Counted from the stretch's first letter, positions 1 to 11,241 are shown. The stretch is DNA of 64,000 bases from Octopus sinensis (GCF_006345805.1 NC_043004.1:82026001-82090000), one strand, 5' to 3'. The notes: generated by a model from the sequence alone, not told the origin. Translations and numbers: made by a program.

Positions 1-215
1 ACGGGGACATAAACACATCAACACCGGTTTTGAAACGGTTTGGGGGGACAAACACAGATACCATGATACAGATACTAACACACAAACACACACACGCACA
101 CATACGCACACACACACAAACGCACGCACACACACAGACACACAGACACACAGACACACACACACACACACACACACACACAACACACACTCATATATAT
201 ATTATATATATATAT
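1..215 (-). mobile_element. SINE family A 3'-part remnant running into its internal (CA)n/(TA)n tract
   Basis: ACGGGGACATAAACAC...ACACCGGTT...GGGGGACAAACACAGA matches the same segment of the full copy at 63094-63494. Confidence 0.6.
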
Positions 216-802
216 ATAACTGAAAAAATTGGAGTCAACAAGAAGGGGTACATATAGATATTTATTTTTTAAGCATTACAATTGTTTCCATGCAACGTAT
301 TTCTCCCGTACCAGAATCACCATCCCATTACATCTACACATTCACCTATTCACCTACACAACGACCCTCCAGCATATACACGCCCTGATAAGCTCAGTGG
401 CTACTACTAAATTCAGGCCACCACAGAGAGAGAGAGAGGATGTTCTTGAAGTCTAGGATTTTAAGTTTACGGAGAAAATATTTACATATCGCCTGAGGAA
501 ACACAACTAGATCTCATAGTGCAGGAAAACAGTTGCATAATCAGGTTTCTGCACACCTGGAGAACTACATTGTGTGGAAACATATTGTAGTAATTAAAAA
601 ATATATGTCCAACCGTACCCCTTCTTGCTGACTCTAGTTCTTTCAATTATCTATCCACACACGACAAAGGCCAAAACGCAAACCTGGAAGTACGTATAAT
701 ACCACTACTGGATAGCACAGGGTGAAATCTGAAGGCGAGCGAGGTTTATACTGTACTCTACTACGTTCTTAGCAGAATATACCATATATATATATACATA
801 TA

Positions 803-960
803 CGCAGGCGTGGCTGTGTGGCAGAACGTTTCCTTCCCAATCACATGGTTCCAAGTTCAGTTCCACTGGATGGCACCTTGGGCAAGTATTTTCTGATATA
901 GCTTCAGCCAACCTAAGCCTTGTGAGTGGATTTGGCAGGCGGGAACTGAAAGGAGCCCAT
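803..960 (+). mobile_element. SINE family A head and core, truncated at the internal microsatellite
   Basis: A-box-like TGGCTGTGTGG, B-box-like GTTCAGTTCC, core GGCACCTTGGGCAAG...TTGTGAGTGGATTTGG; similar to 62426-62590. Confidence 0.8.
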
Positions 961-1054
961 TGTATATATGTAAATATATGCATATATATATATATATATA
1001 TAAGAAATTAAAAAAGGAAAATACGCACACTTACATAGTTTTAATATAAATTTT

Positions 1055-1545
1055 AATATATCGACCGGTTTCGATATCGCTATTCATGATATTATTGTGT
1101 GTGATGAAATTCACGAGTGAATGACTTCACAAGTAGATAAATAGAGGGAGGTAATTGGTTATCTTTATTATTATTATTGTTGTGGGTAAGAGAGATAACT
1201 GTTCAGCTTTCGGTAATGGGAGGGGAATATATATGTACAAAGACAAGTTTCGAAAGCCCTGTTTAGTGAGGTGATTTATGTAGTGATGTAATCGTGAATT
1301 GAAATATATAAAAGGATAAAAGTTGGTTATGCGTGCATATTAAGACGTGTTCTGTATTTTTCAATGAAAAGTTTCTTTATTTAAACGTTCTTGTGGAGAG
1401 ATTGTGTCTTTGCACTGGTAGAAGGGGAAGACTGTGAAATTTGGTTTGGTGTTATCTGCACATTTTTCTATATGTTTTTTTAAAATTTCTTATATACATT
1501 GCAACTGACCACGTGGAGATAATCTAAGTTCTAAGTTGTTCTTTC
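1055..1545 (-). mobile_element. Penelope-like element 3' end (degenerate GIY-YIG C-terminus and 3' UTR)
   Basis: Minus-strand translation HIEKCADNTKPNFTVFPFYQCKDTISPQERLNKE/FIEKYRTRLN resembles the PLE GIY-YIG C-terminus; downstream CGAAACCGGTC minimal-hammerhead signature. Confidence 0.65.
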
Positions 1546-1551
1546 TGTTGC

Positions 1552-1621
<70 letters not shown>

Positions 1622-1654
1622 CTAATCTATATATATATATATTATATTATATAT

Positions 1655-1784
1655 ATTTATTTTATAGAAGGAGCTTCTACAGACTAGAACTGTTTCATTC
1701 AAAAGAAATCATCAGGAAGCTCCTGATGATTTCATTTGAATGAAACAGTTATAGTCCTGTAGAAGCTCCTTCTATAAAATAAAT
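1655..1784. ncRNA. Inverted pair of type-I hammerhead-ribozyme-like motifs in a ~130 bp palindrome
   Basis: Minus: GGAGCTTC-CTGATGA-TTTCTTTTGAAT-GAAA-CAG TTCTAGT CTG-TA-GAAGCTCC (8 bp stem I). Plus: CTGATGA at 1723-1729, then GAAA CAG TTATAGTC CTG TA GAAGCTCC. Confidence 0.7.
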
Positions 1785-1849
1785 TAATTTACTCTGCTAT
1801 GTATTGAGTACCTTATTTACTGTGGTTAACCCCGACTCAACCCGGGACC

Positions 1850-1887
<38 letters not shown>

Positions 1888-1979
1888 GTGTGTGTGTGTG
1901 TGTGTATATGTATATATTTATGTATATATATATATATGTGTATATATGTATATATGTATATATATATATATATATATAC

Positions 1980-2017
<38 letters not shown>

Positions 2018-2065
2018 ATATATACACAAATATATATGTATATATATATGTATATATATGTATGT
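1850..2065. repeat. Compound (TA)n/(TG)n microsatellite
   Basis: Direct inspection. Confidence 0.95.
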
Positions 2066-2086
2066 AAAAGATTTTGCTGTTAAAAT

Positions 2087-2738
2087 TTATCTGCAATAAA
2101 TTGCTAACATCAGCATCAAGATCGATAATGAAGAGATCGAAGTGGTTGATGATTTCATCTTCCTTGGCTCCAAAATAAATCGAGATGGTGACTGCACTCC
2201 AGAAATAAGACGGTGGATAGTACTAGGCAGAGCGGCAATGGTCAGCATGAGCAGGGTCTGGAAGAGTAGAGACATCATACTCACTACCAAATGCAGATTG
2301 GTGAATGCAATTGTCTTCCCAATAGCAACATATGGATGCGAGACCTGGACACTAAAGAAAGCTGACCAGAAGAGAATTCGAGCTTTGGTGTTGGAGAAGA
2401 CTTTTACGGATTCCATGGACAGCGAGGCTCACCAATGGAGAAGTTCATAAGCAGATCAGACCGAACATGTCGCTAGAAGCTAGGATCACCAAGCATAGAT
2501 TGGCATATTTCGGTCATATTATGCGGAGAAAATCCCTGGAGAAGGACATCATGCTCGGAATGGTCAGTGGCAAGAGAGGAAGAGGCCGACTAAGAACCCG
2601 CTGGCTTGACACCATCAAGAGGGATACCGGAATGGACATAGCCAATCTGAAAGAAGCGACCCAGGATAGAACTGACTGGAGGACACTGATCCAACGAGTA
2701 ACCGAGAGTCGACTTCGACTGAGCGGATAGATAGATAG
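2087..2738 (+). mobile_element. RTE-clade (BovB-like) LINE, 5'-truncated, frameshifted RT C-terminal region
   Basis: EVVDDFIFLGSKI, VFPIATYGCETWTLKK, LAYFGHIMRR, GKRGRGRLRTRWLD, ATQDRTDWR; ends in a (GATA)n tail. Confidence 0.95.
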
Positions 2739-2954
2739 AATTTGCTTACACTGCTACAATACGCAAAATTTTTTAACAATTTTTAAAATAAATTTCCTAA
2801 TAATATTTACTTATGAAAATATAAAAACAAAATAGGATTTTTTAAAACATTGGATGGCCATGAGGGCCCATCCAAGTAAAACAAGAATCGAAGGGTTCCA
2901 GGCAAAAAAACTTTTAAATATGGTTGAGAACCACTGGTCTACCATATTCGTTCG

Positions 2955-3062
2955 CAGAGACTGGGGCTATAGTAGACACTTGTCCAAGTTGCTGTGTTGT
3001 GGAACCGAACTCGAAACTACGTGGTTGCAACACGAGTTTCTTCACCACAGCCATACCTGCGC
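2955..3062 (-). mobile_element. SINE family A head, diverged
   Basis: Reverse complement of CGCAGGTATGGCTGTGGT...GAGTTCGGTTCC...CTTGGACAAGTGTC. Confidence 0.7.
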
Positions 3063-3694
3063 ATACTTCTCTGCAGGTTCTAGTAAGTTCTTCTACATCA
3101 TGTTAATATTTGTATGCAGTTTTATCATCCATATAGAGGAGATGCTTTATAATATGTCTTTAGCATATGTCACCCTTGGAAGAGTGGTTCAGAAGATTTC
3201 ATATGGAAATCAAATCAAAAGACAGGAAATAGGATAGGGTTCGTCTTTAGAAGATCCCTCTTCTTATGTAGATAAAACACATTTTTTATTACCTTCTCAT
3301 CTCGTAAATGTGTGGACGCTTTCTATTTTAACATGTCCAATTTGATATATCTCTTCCGTATTGCCGCTCTTTTATTTACATACTGTTTCTCCAATATTAA
3401 GATATGTGGCATCCTATCAAAGACTGTTCGATAATCAATCCATGCCATGTGCATATATTTGATTATTTATCGGAGGTTATCAATAACTGATCAGCTCACA
3501 CGTAGCTGTTCTTTACATTCGTTTATTTATTTATCAACTCTAATAGATTATTTATCTTCAAGATGATCAGCCATCATGGCGGAGATTATAGATTTCGGAA
3601 CTTTATATGTTGTCGGTACATAAATCTTATTGCTTTCTGCTGTATCTTTTCTTTTCAAACGAATACTTTTTTTTTCCTTTGGCCAGTCTTGTGA

Positions 3695-4300
3695 AGACGC
3701 ATGGTTTAGCAGTTAGATTGTCGCCTTCACGATCGTAAGATCGCAATTTCGATTCCAGGATTAGTGGGTGCATTGAATTCTTAAGCAAAACATGAAGGTG
3801 TGTTGTTTAGTGGATAGAATATTTGCCTCACGATTCCACGTAGTCCCTTGTGTCCTTGAGCACTACACCTAGTTGGCAAAGACGAGTCCTACCTGTGTTT
3901 CAAAGGAGCCAGCCTTGTCAAATTCTGTGTCACGCTGAATTTCCCTTGAGGTTTACGCGAAGGCGGCGAGCTGGCAGAAACGTTAGCACGCCGGGCGAAA
4001 TGCTTAGCGGCATTTCGTCTGCGTTACGTTGTGAGTTCAAATTCCGCCGAGGTCGACTTTGCCTTTCATCCTTTCGGGGTCGATAAATTAAGTACCAGTT
4101 ACGCACTGGGGTCGATGTAATCGACTTAATACCTATGTCTGTCCTTGTTTGTCCCCTCTGTGTTTAGCCCCTTATGGGTAATAAAGAAATAGGTACGTGT
4201 GTTTGTGGAGTGCCCAGCCACTTGCAAATTACTTTCACGTGCAAGCTGTTCCGTTGATCGGATCAACTAGAACCCTGGTCGTCGTGACCGACGGAGTTCC
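3695..4300 (+). mobile_element. SINE family D (tRNA head), split by a SINE B insertion
   Basis: Head GCATGGTTTAGCAGTTAG...TTCGATTCCAGG; body resumes after 4193 (GTGTTTGTGGAGTGCCCAGCCACTTGC...GTCGTGACCGACGGAG). Confidence 0.6.
3960..4193 (+). mobile_element. SINE family B, tail variant B1, full length
   Basis: GGCGGCGAGCTGGCAGAAACGTTAGC (A box), GAGTTCAAATTCC (B box), core GCCTTTCATCCTTTCGGGGTCGATAAATTAAGTACCAG, tail GTCCCCTCTGTGTTTAGCCCC...TAAAGAAATA. Confidence 0.9.
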
Positions 4301-4974
4301 AATTAAGCAAAACATCACATTTCACCTTGCTCGAGTCCACTCAGCTGTAAATAATTTCCTGCAATATCTGGAATATATCTAAAATATCTGTAAATAAGTT
4401 CCAATATCTGTAAATAAGTTCCAGCAATATTGTTAAACCTAAGACGAACTGACTTCTTGATCAGCAGGAAGGGACTGTTGTATTATCAGTCGTTTATATC
4501 CCATGGTGAAAAAAAGGGCTAAGCTCCGGCCTTATGAATCCCAGGGTTGATAAGACACCTAAATCTAAGTCACAACCAATAGGATGTTGATTCTGGTCTC
4601 CTGAGGGAATTCTTATGAGGGAGTGCGGGAAATTCTCTTGCAATGGGCTCGTATATACTGTCTTCAGATTCTTTAATCAGAAATTTAGAATTTATATGAA
4701 ATCCAAGAGACTTCTAGTTAATAAAAAACTCTCTTGTATTGATGATGTCCCTTTTAATTGTATCTTTGCTGTTGTTATAGTTTATCTTCTTCTCTTCCTT
4801 ATAAACATATTTTCTTTATTATTTAGTGAGAGGAGGAAAAGAAGCGCCTATGACGCTGTTCACGGATGGAAGAATAAGAGGAGGTTGTCTTATATAAGAT
4901 TCACTTTTTTTTGCAAAATGGACCTCAAAGAATAAGCCCTTGTTTTATATGCTAAATTGGTTTAAATAGGGGGT

Positions 4975-5095
4975 TCAAATTTTGGCACAAGGCCAGCAAT
5001 TACGGGAGAAGGAGGTAAGTTGATAACATCGATTCCAATGCTCTTCTGAGGATGAAAGGCTAAGTCAACCTTGGCGGAATTTGAACTAAGAACAT
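4975..5095 (-). mobile_element. SINE family B (tail variant B2) remnant
   Basis: TTCAAATTTTGGCACAAGGCCAGCAATT...GGATGAAAGG...GGCGGAATTTGAACT. Confidence 0.6.
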
Positions 5096-5104
5096 GCTGA
5101 ACGT

Positions 5105-5480
5105 GCTGGGGCACCGATTTGAAGACTTTTTAGTCGAATGAATCAATCACAGTACTTCCTTTTTTCAAAGCATAGTACTTTCCTATCGGTCTCTTTTGCC
5201 GAACCACTAAGTTACGGGGATATAAACAAACCAACACCGGTTGTTAAGCGGTGGTGGGGAATAAACACTGACACAAAGACATGCATATACGCACATACAC
5301 ACACACATACACCCAAGCACACATACACACGCATACACATACATACGCACACATATATACATATATATGAAGGGCTTCTCTCAGTTTCCGTCTTCCAAAT
5401 CTACTCATAGGGCTATAGCAGAAGACACTTGGCCACGGTGCCACGCATTGGGATTGAAACCAAAACTACGTGATTGGGTA
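5105..5480 (-). mobile_element. SINE family A, diverged
   Basis: Tail, internal (CA)n tract and head segments in expected order. Confidence 0.8.
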
Positions 5481-5481
5481 T

Positions 5482-5534
<53 letters not shown>

Positions 5535-5920
5535 TTGTATGTGTGTGTCTGTGTGTATCTGTGTGTGTGAGAGCGTGTTTGTGTGTATATGTACCTGTGT
5601 GTGTGTGAGCGTGTTTGTGTGTATATGTATATGTGTGTGAGTGCGAGCGTGTTTATGTATATGTGTATCCGTGTGTGTGAGCGTGTGTTTGTGTGTATAT
5701 GTATCTGTGTGTGTGAGCGCATTTGTGTGTATATGTATCTGTGTGTATGAGAGCGTATTTGTGTGTATATGTATCTGTGTGTGAGCGTGTTTGTGTGTAT
5801 ATGTATCTGTGTGTCTGTGTGAGCGTTTTTATGTGTATATGTATCTGTGTGTGTGTATGAGCATGTTTGTATGTATATGCATCTGTGTGTGTGTGTGTGT
5901 GTGAGCGTGTTTGTGTATAT
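5480..5920. repeat. (TA)n followed by a ~30-36 bp minisatellite (GTGTGTGAGCGTGTTTGTGTGTATATGTATCT-like, about 11 units)
   Basis: Recurrent GAGCGTGTTT and ATATGTATCT landmarks; a SINE A head fragment follows at 5920-6010. Confidence 0.85.
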
Positions 5921-6614
5921 AATGGGTTTTCAAATTCCGACTGCCAAGTTTCCTCCCAAAGTACTGGTTGGCCCAAGGCCTATAGCAGAAGACACTGGCC
6001 CACGTGTTTGCAAAGCATGCTTCTTAACCACACCACCACACCTGTGTCCGTATATTTCATTGAACTTAGTAGAGGAGAAACTTACTGCATCAGGGTCAAA
6101 CCCGGTTGATTTCCATATCAGTATAACGACTCAATAAATTAACATATTCAATCACCATGACTACTGAATAAATTAACATATTTAACGCATTGCTGCTTGG
6201 GTTTGCTTCACTACAAAGACACGCATGAAGTGCCGGGTTGTATTTGTCCATTGTTTTCCCGAGTACATTTATTTATTCGCAACTTGAAGAGATGGTTCTG
6301 TTGATCGATGTGAAATGATTTTTTTTCTTTTTGTTAAATAATCAATTCACCTATTTTCTTTATTGTTTCTTTTAGATCCCAATCATTATTGATTACATTT
6401 ATTCTGTTATAGGTGGCGTTGAATATTTGTTACTATAGCAACAATCATAAAACGCTTATATTTGTGCAGTTAAAAGGCATCTGAGCAATTGTATTTTGTG
6501 TGTGTGTGTGAATGTTGTGTGACAAACATCCACGCTTTGAGAGTTTTCGATCTTTACTCTCTTTGCCATTATAGTTGGTTGTGGTACTATGTGCTGGTAA
6601 AAATAGATTATGTC

Positions 6615-6828
6615 TAGCGAACTGGCAGAATCATTAGCACGCCGGACAAAATGCTTAGCGGCATTACGTCCGGCTTTACGCTCTAAGTTCAAATTTTATC
6701 GATATTGACTTTGCCCTTCATCCTTTCGGGGTCAAAAAAATAAGTACCAATTGAACACCGGATCCGATGTAATCGACACATACCCTTCCCCAAAATTGCT
6801 GGCCTTGTGGCAAAATTTTAAACAATTA
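6615..6828 (+). mobile_element. SINE family B, tail variant B2
   Basis: A/B boxes, B core, tail CCCCAAAATTGCTGGCCTTGTGGCAAAATTT. Confidence 0.8.
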
Positions 6829-6830
6829 CT

Positions 6831-7415
6831 GAGTGAGAGAGCAATGCGTATCATCAAAGTGACACTAGGGTAAAATATACGAAGCGCAGTATAACCATCA
6901 TAACTAGCTGTCTGATAAGGGTACACCAGGCACATGCATCACAACCATATGTGCATGATATGGTGATCTCATATCGAGATAAACAGTGCATGACCTGTGG
7001 AGCTCAGTTAGAATTTTCTTCTTGTCGAGTAACCCGTCCTGCTCAGAAGGTCCCTGAATAAGTGTTGTTTAAGGATGTTGAACGAAATACCCATATTTCC
7101 AGAAGTGAATTATTCAAGCCCCAAAGAATCCCTCTCAACACACGGCTATGATGCTCCCCCACTACTTCTGTTTGTGATCAGAGATGCACATATCGTCAGC
7201 CACTAAGAAACATGCTCAACTGGTTAAAGTCAAACAACTGACAAGCAAATCTGTGGTATTGAGCAGAATATTTGCTGTAGCCCATCCTTTATACCAAGAC
7301 AAGACATTGTAAATGATAACACTCCCAATTAGTTAAGATCAGAAGCCATGTGATCCACTGTCCGGTACTGCATTAGGGCATGGTTACTGCATCAGACCAT
7401 TCAGATACTGCATTA
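6831..7415 (-). mobile_element. ~570 bp non-coding interspersed repeat ('TAA-docked element'), near full length
   Basis: Homologous to 7501-7892, 34038-34604, 48413-48567 and 49566-50005; sense 3' end CTCTCTCACTC, followed by (AAT)n in most copies. Confidence 0.75.
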
Positions 7416-7448
7416 TCATCATCGTTATTTTTATTAAAATTTTTATTA

Positions 7449-7500
<52 letters not shown>

Positions 7501-7892
7501 GAGTGAGAGAGCAGTTCATGCCATCAAAGTGACACTAGGGTAAAATATACGAAGCCCAATATACCCATCATGACTACCCGTCTGATAAAGGTACACCAGG
7601 CACATGCATCACGACCATATGTGCGCGACATGGTGATATCATATCAAGATAAACTGCACATGACCTTGCAGGTAGGGCCCAGTTAGAATTTTCTTCAGGT
7701 TGAGTAGCCCATCCCGCTCAAACGGTCCCTGAATAAGGGTTGTTTAAGGATGTTGAAAAAACCACCCATGTCTCCAGAGGTGAATTATTCAAACCCCAAA
7801 GAATCCCTCTCAACACATGGCTATGATGCTTCCCCACTACTTCTGCTCGTGATCAGAGATGCACATATCGTCAGCCACTAAGGGACATGCTC
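7501..7892 (-). mobile_element. TAA-docked element, 5'-truncated copy flanked by (TTA)n on both sides
   Basis: Collinear with 6831-7215; flanks 7440-7500 and 7893-8000 are nearly pure (TTA)n. Confidence 0.75.
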
Positions 7893-7942
7893 TATTATTA
7901 TTATTATCATCATCATCATCATCATTATTATTATTATTATTA

Positions 7943-8000
<58 letters not shown>

Positions 8001-8003
<3 letters not shown>

Positions 8004-8432
8004 TAGTTTTATTTTTATAGCGTGCTTTCACTTCACTACCGAGCGCAGCTCTGTGTGCTTGGGTATGTGCTGTGATTTGTTGTGATTCTCTGATGGTTAT
8101 TGTATGGAAAGTGTTCTGCGTAGGATGTGTGCAGGGCCTAGTAGTGCAATTTTCTGTATGTTATATGTGTTTGTAAGTCCTGGTGTTTTTGTTATGTATT
8201 TGTCTGAATATTTTTTTATCATGCCTAATGCACCTACTATGATAGGAATTGTTTCTGTTTTCAGATTCCACATTCTAGTTACCTCTATTTCCAGGTCTTT
8301 GTATTTTGAGAGTTTCTCCATTTCTTTTAGAGACACGTTGTCATCAGCCGGTATTGATACATCAATTAGAAAGCATTTTCTCTTCTTCATGATCTCTGAC
8401 AACTATATCTGGTCTGTTGGCCTTAATTTCTC
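8001..8432 (-). mobile_element. R4/Dong-type RLE LINE 3' end
   Basis: EIKANRPDIV...CFLIDVSIPADDNVSLKEMEKLSKYKDLEIEVTRMW...PIIVGALG...IQKIALLG.AHILRRTLS (PD-(D/E)xK nuclease); 3' UTR abuts (TAA)n. Confidence 0.9.
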
Positions 8433-8473
<41 letters not shown>

Positions 8474-8498
8474 TATTATTATTATTATTATTATTATT

Positions 8499-8847
8499 CA
8501 ATAGTTTTATTTTTATAGCGTGCTTTCACTTCACTACCGAGCGCAGCTCTGTGTGCCTTGGGTATGTGCTGTGATTTGTTGTGATGCTCTGATGGTTATT
8601 GTATGGAAAGTGTTCTGCGTAGGATGTGTGCAGTGCCTAGTAGTGCAATTTTCTGTATGTTATATGTGTTTGTAAGTCCTGGTGTTTTTGTTATGTATTT
8701 GTCTGAATATTTTTTTATCATGCCTAATGCACCTACTATGATAGGAATTGTTTCTGTTTTCAGGTTCCACATTCTAGTTACCTCTATTTCCAGGTCTTTG
8801 TATTTTGAGAGTTTCTCCATTTCTTTTAGAGACACGTTGTCATCTGC
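8499..8847 (-). mobile_element. R4/Dong-type 3' end, near-identical shorter copy
   Basis: Differs from 8001-8347 at only a handful of positions; (TTA)n on both sides. Confidence 0.9.
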
Positions 8848-8866
8848 ATTATTATTATTATTATTA

Positions 8867-8958
<92 letters not shown>

Positions 8959-8961
<3 letters not shown>

Positions 8962-9195
8962 TAGTTTTACTTTTATAGCGTGCTTTCACTTCACTAGACG
9001 TCGCACAGTATCCAATATTGTAATGTTGTTGATTAAAGATACTGTGTGTACCGAGGGTTTGTACTATTTGTCAAGTCACAACAAGGACCTCAGACAGACA
9101 ATACTTTAGGCAATATGCATGCAGTTCCAAGTAAATCCGATTTTTGCAATGCATCTCGATTGTAGCGTATTTCTAAAGTTCCCAGATATTTTTTT
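8959..9195 (-). mobile_element. Third Dong 3'-UTR stub (8959-8997) plus 3' end of another Dong-like subfamily
   Basis: CAGTAGTTTT...TTTCACTTCACTA stub; minus translation KYLGTLEIRYNRDALQKSDLLGTACILPKVLSV*. Confidence 0.7.
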
Positions 9196-9199
9196 CAGG

Positions 9200-9360
9200 T
9201 TGGGTAACGCTGGACGAAATGCTTGGTGGTATTTTGCACGTCGCTATGTACTGGATTCAAATTCCACCAAGGTCTACTTTGCCTTTCTTCCTTTATAAAT
9301 TAAGTACCAGTGGAGTACTCGGGTCGAAAAATTTTCGAGGCCTTGTGCCATAATTGATAT
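9200..9360 (+). mobile_element. SINE family B, degenerate
   Basis: GGACGAAATGCTTGGTGGTATTTT...TTCAAATTCC...TAAATTAAGTACCAG. Confidence 0.55.
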
Positions 9361-9369
9361 TATTATTAT

Positions 9370-9870
9370 CATTTTCTTTGCACTGCTGGAGATGTATTAC
9401 AGTGTCAGCTGTTCACTACCAGTGAACTAAGGTTACACCTTATTTTTCGAGCACCTTCCGGAGTATTCGAGCTGTTCCAAGCAGTGCTGTTTTCTGCAAG
9501 TGCTCCACTTTTATTGCAGCCCCTATTTGTCCCACGTACTTCTCAAAATTTTTGCTCACTGTTCCCAGGGCTCCGACAATTATTGGTACTACTACCACCT
9601 TTTTCATCGACCACAACTGTTTAACCTCCCAAGCTAACCTGTCATATCTATCGACTTTTCCTTCTTCCTTATCGTATTTCTTGTCAGCTGGGCATGCTAT
9701 ATCTATGATCCAGTATAGTTTGTTTTCTTTCTCAAATAAGATTACGTCTGGCTTCCTATTCTCTATCTCATGGTCGCACTGAATCATAAAATCCCATAGG
9801 ATCTTTGCATTTTTATTTTCGACGATGCCTTCGGGTTTGTGGTCCTACCAATCTTTTGCTCTGCCAAACC
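9370..9870 (-). mobile_element. R4/Dong-type RLE LINE 3' end (distinct subfamily)
   Basis: DHKPEGIVENKNAKILWDFMIQCDHEIENRKPDVI...IDIACP...KVDRYDRLAWEVKQLW...VPIIVGALG...LQKTALLGTARILRKVL. Confidence 0.9.
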
Positions 9871-10159
9871 CATACTATATATTCATGATAAGCGTAACAC
9901 TTCTTTGTCAGTGTTATTTTCGGTCAACTTTCTATCTTAGCCTTGCTCTTTCGTCTGATGCGTTTACACTTAACGTTTAATCCTGAATATTATAACTATA
10001 ACGTATTACTAGGTAATAGACTAAACTATTGTTGATGATGGTTACCACATGAGCGGCATTTATGTCTTTAAGAATAAATCGAAAGAGTTTCTAATGGCCA
10101 TCGTTTCTAGCTTTTGTTTAGTATCTGAGTGTTGTACAGTAGTATAATTTCTATGTATA

Positions 10160-10950
10160 AGTGCGTGCGTGCACGTACGTGCATGTATTTCTGCGTCCGT
10201 GTGTGTGCGCGTGTGTGTGTGTGTGTGCACTTGTGTATATGTGTGTTTCTGTGTGTGTGTGTGTGGTGTGTGTGTGTGTGTGTGTGTGTCGGTATCTGTG
10301 TTTGCTATAATTCCTTTATCTATTCTGTTCGGTCTTAGTCATGTCATTTTACTGTAAAAGAGGATTATGAATCACTTTCTAATATATGTGTGTGTGTATG
10401 TTGTGTGTGTGTGTGCGAGTTTGTGTGTGTGTGTATGTGTGTGAGTGTATGTGTGTGCGAGCTTGTGGGTGTCTGAGTGTGTGTGTATGTGTGCGTGAGT
10501 GTATGTGTGTATGTGTATATGTATGTGTGAGTGTGTATGTGTGACTGTGTGCGAGTGTGTGTGTGTGTGTGTATGTGTGTGAGTGTGTGTTTGTGTGAGT
10601 TTGTGTATGTGTGAGTGTGTCTGACTGTGTGTGTGTGAATGTGTGTGTGAGAGTGTGTGTATGTGTGTATGTGTGTGTGAGTGTGTGTGAGTGAGTGTGT
10701 GTGATTGTGTGTGTGTGAGTGTGTATGTGTGAGTGTGTGTGAGTACGTGTGTGTGTGTGTGTGTGTGCGTGTGTGTGAGTGTGTATTTCTCCGACTTGAT
10801 TAACATTTTTCGTGCTTCGTTTCCGTCATTATCAACATCATCACCACCACTATCACTATCACCGTCATCCTCCTCCTCCTCCTCCTCCTCATCATCATCA
10901 TCATCAATCATTATCGCCATTTTCGCCGTTGTCGTCGCCGCCATAATCAG
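10160..10950. repeat. Degenerate (TG)n field followed by trinucleotide runs (TCC, TCA)
   Basis: Direct inspection. Confidence 0.9.
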
Positions 10951-11210
10951 TTCCCCTCCTATCTTTTCTATCAAAGCTTTCCTTTTATACGCCTTTCATG
11001 TTTCTAGATAAAGAACAACAGAAACACACACACATAAACACACACACTCACACACACTCATGCACAAACACATATAATCACACAGATAAAATCCTTTGAA
11101 AAGATAAATATTAATTAACAAAACAATATTAATAAAATAATGGTGTCTTTATCAGCCATAAGGGCCAATACTTACATCACAAAAGTTGCCTCACAACAAA
11201 TACATCGAGC

Positions 11211-11241
<31 letters not shown>

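Noticed and set aside
4540-4900. Protein-like minus-strand stretch (SIYEPIAREFPALPHKNSLRRPES)
   Set aside because: Interrupted by stops, with no clear splice sites or family match.
7160-7205. CTGACGA inside the TAA-docked element
   Set aside because: No GAAA, stem III or NUH arrangement follows.
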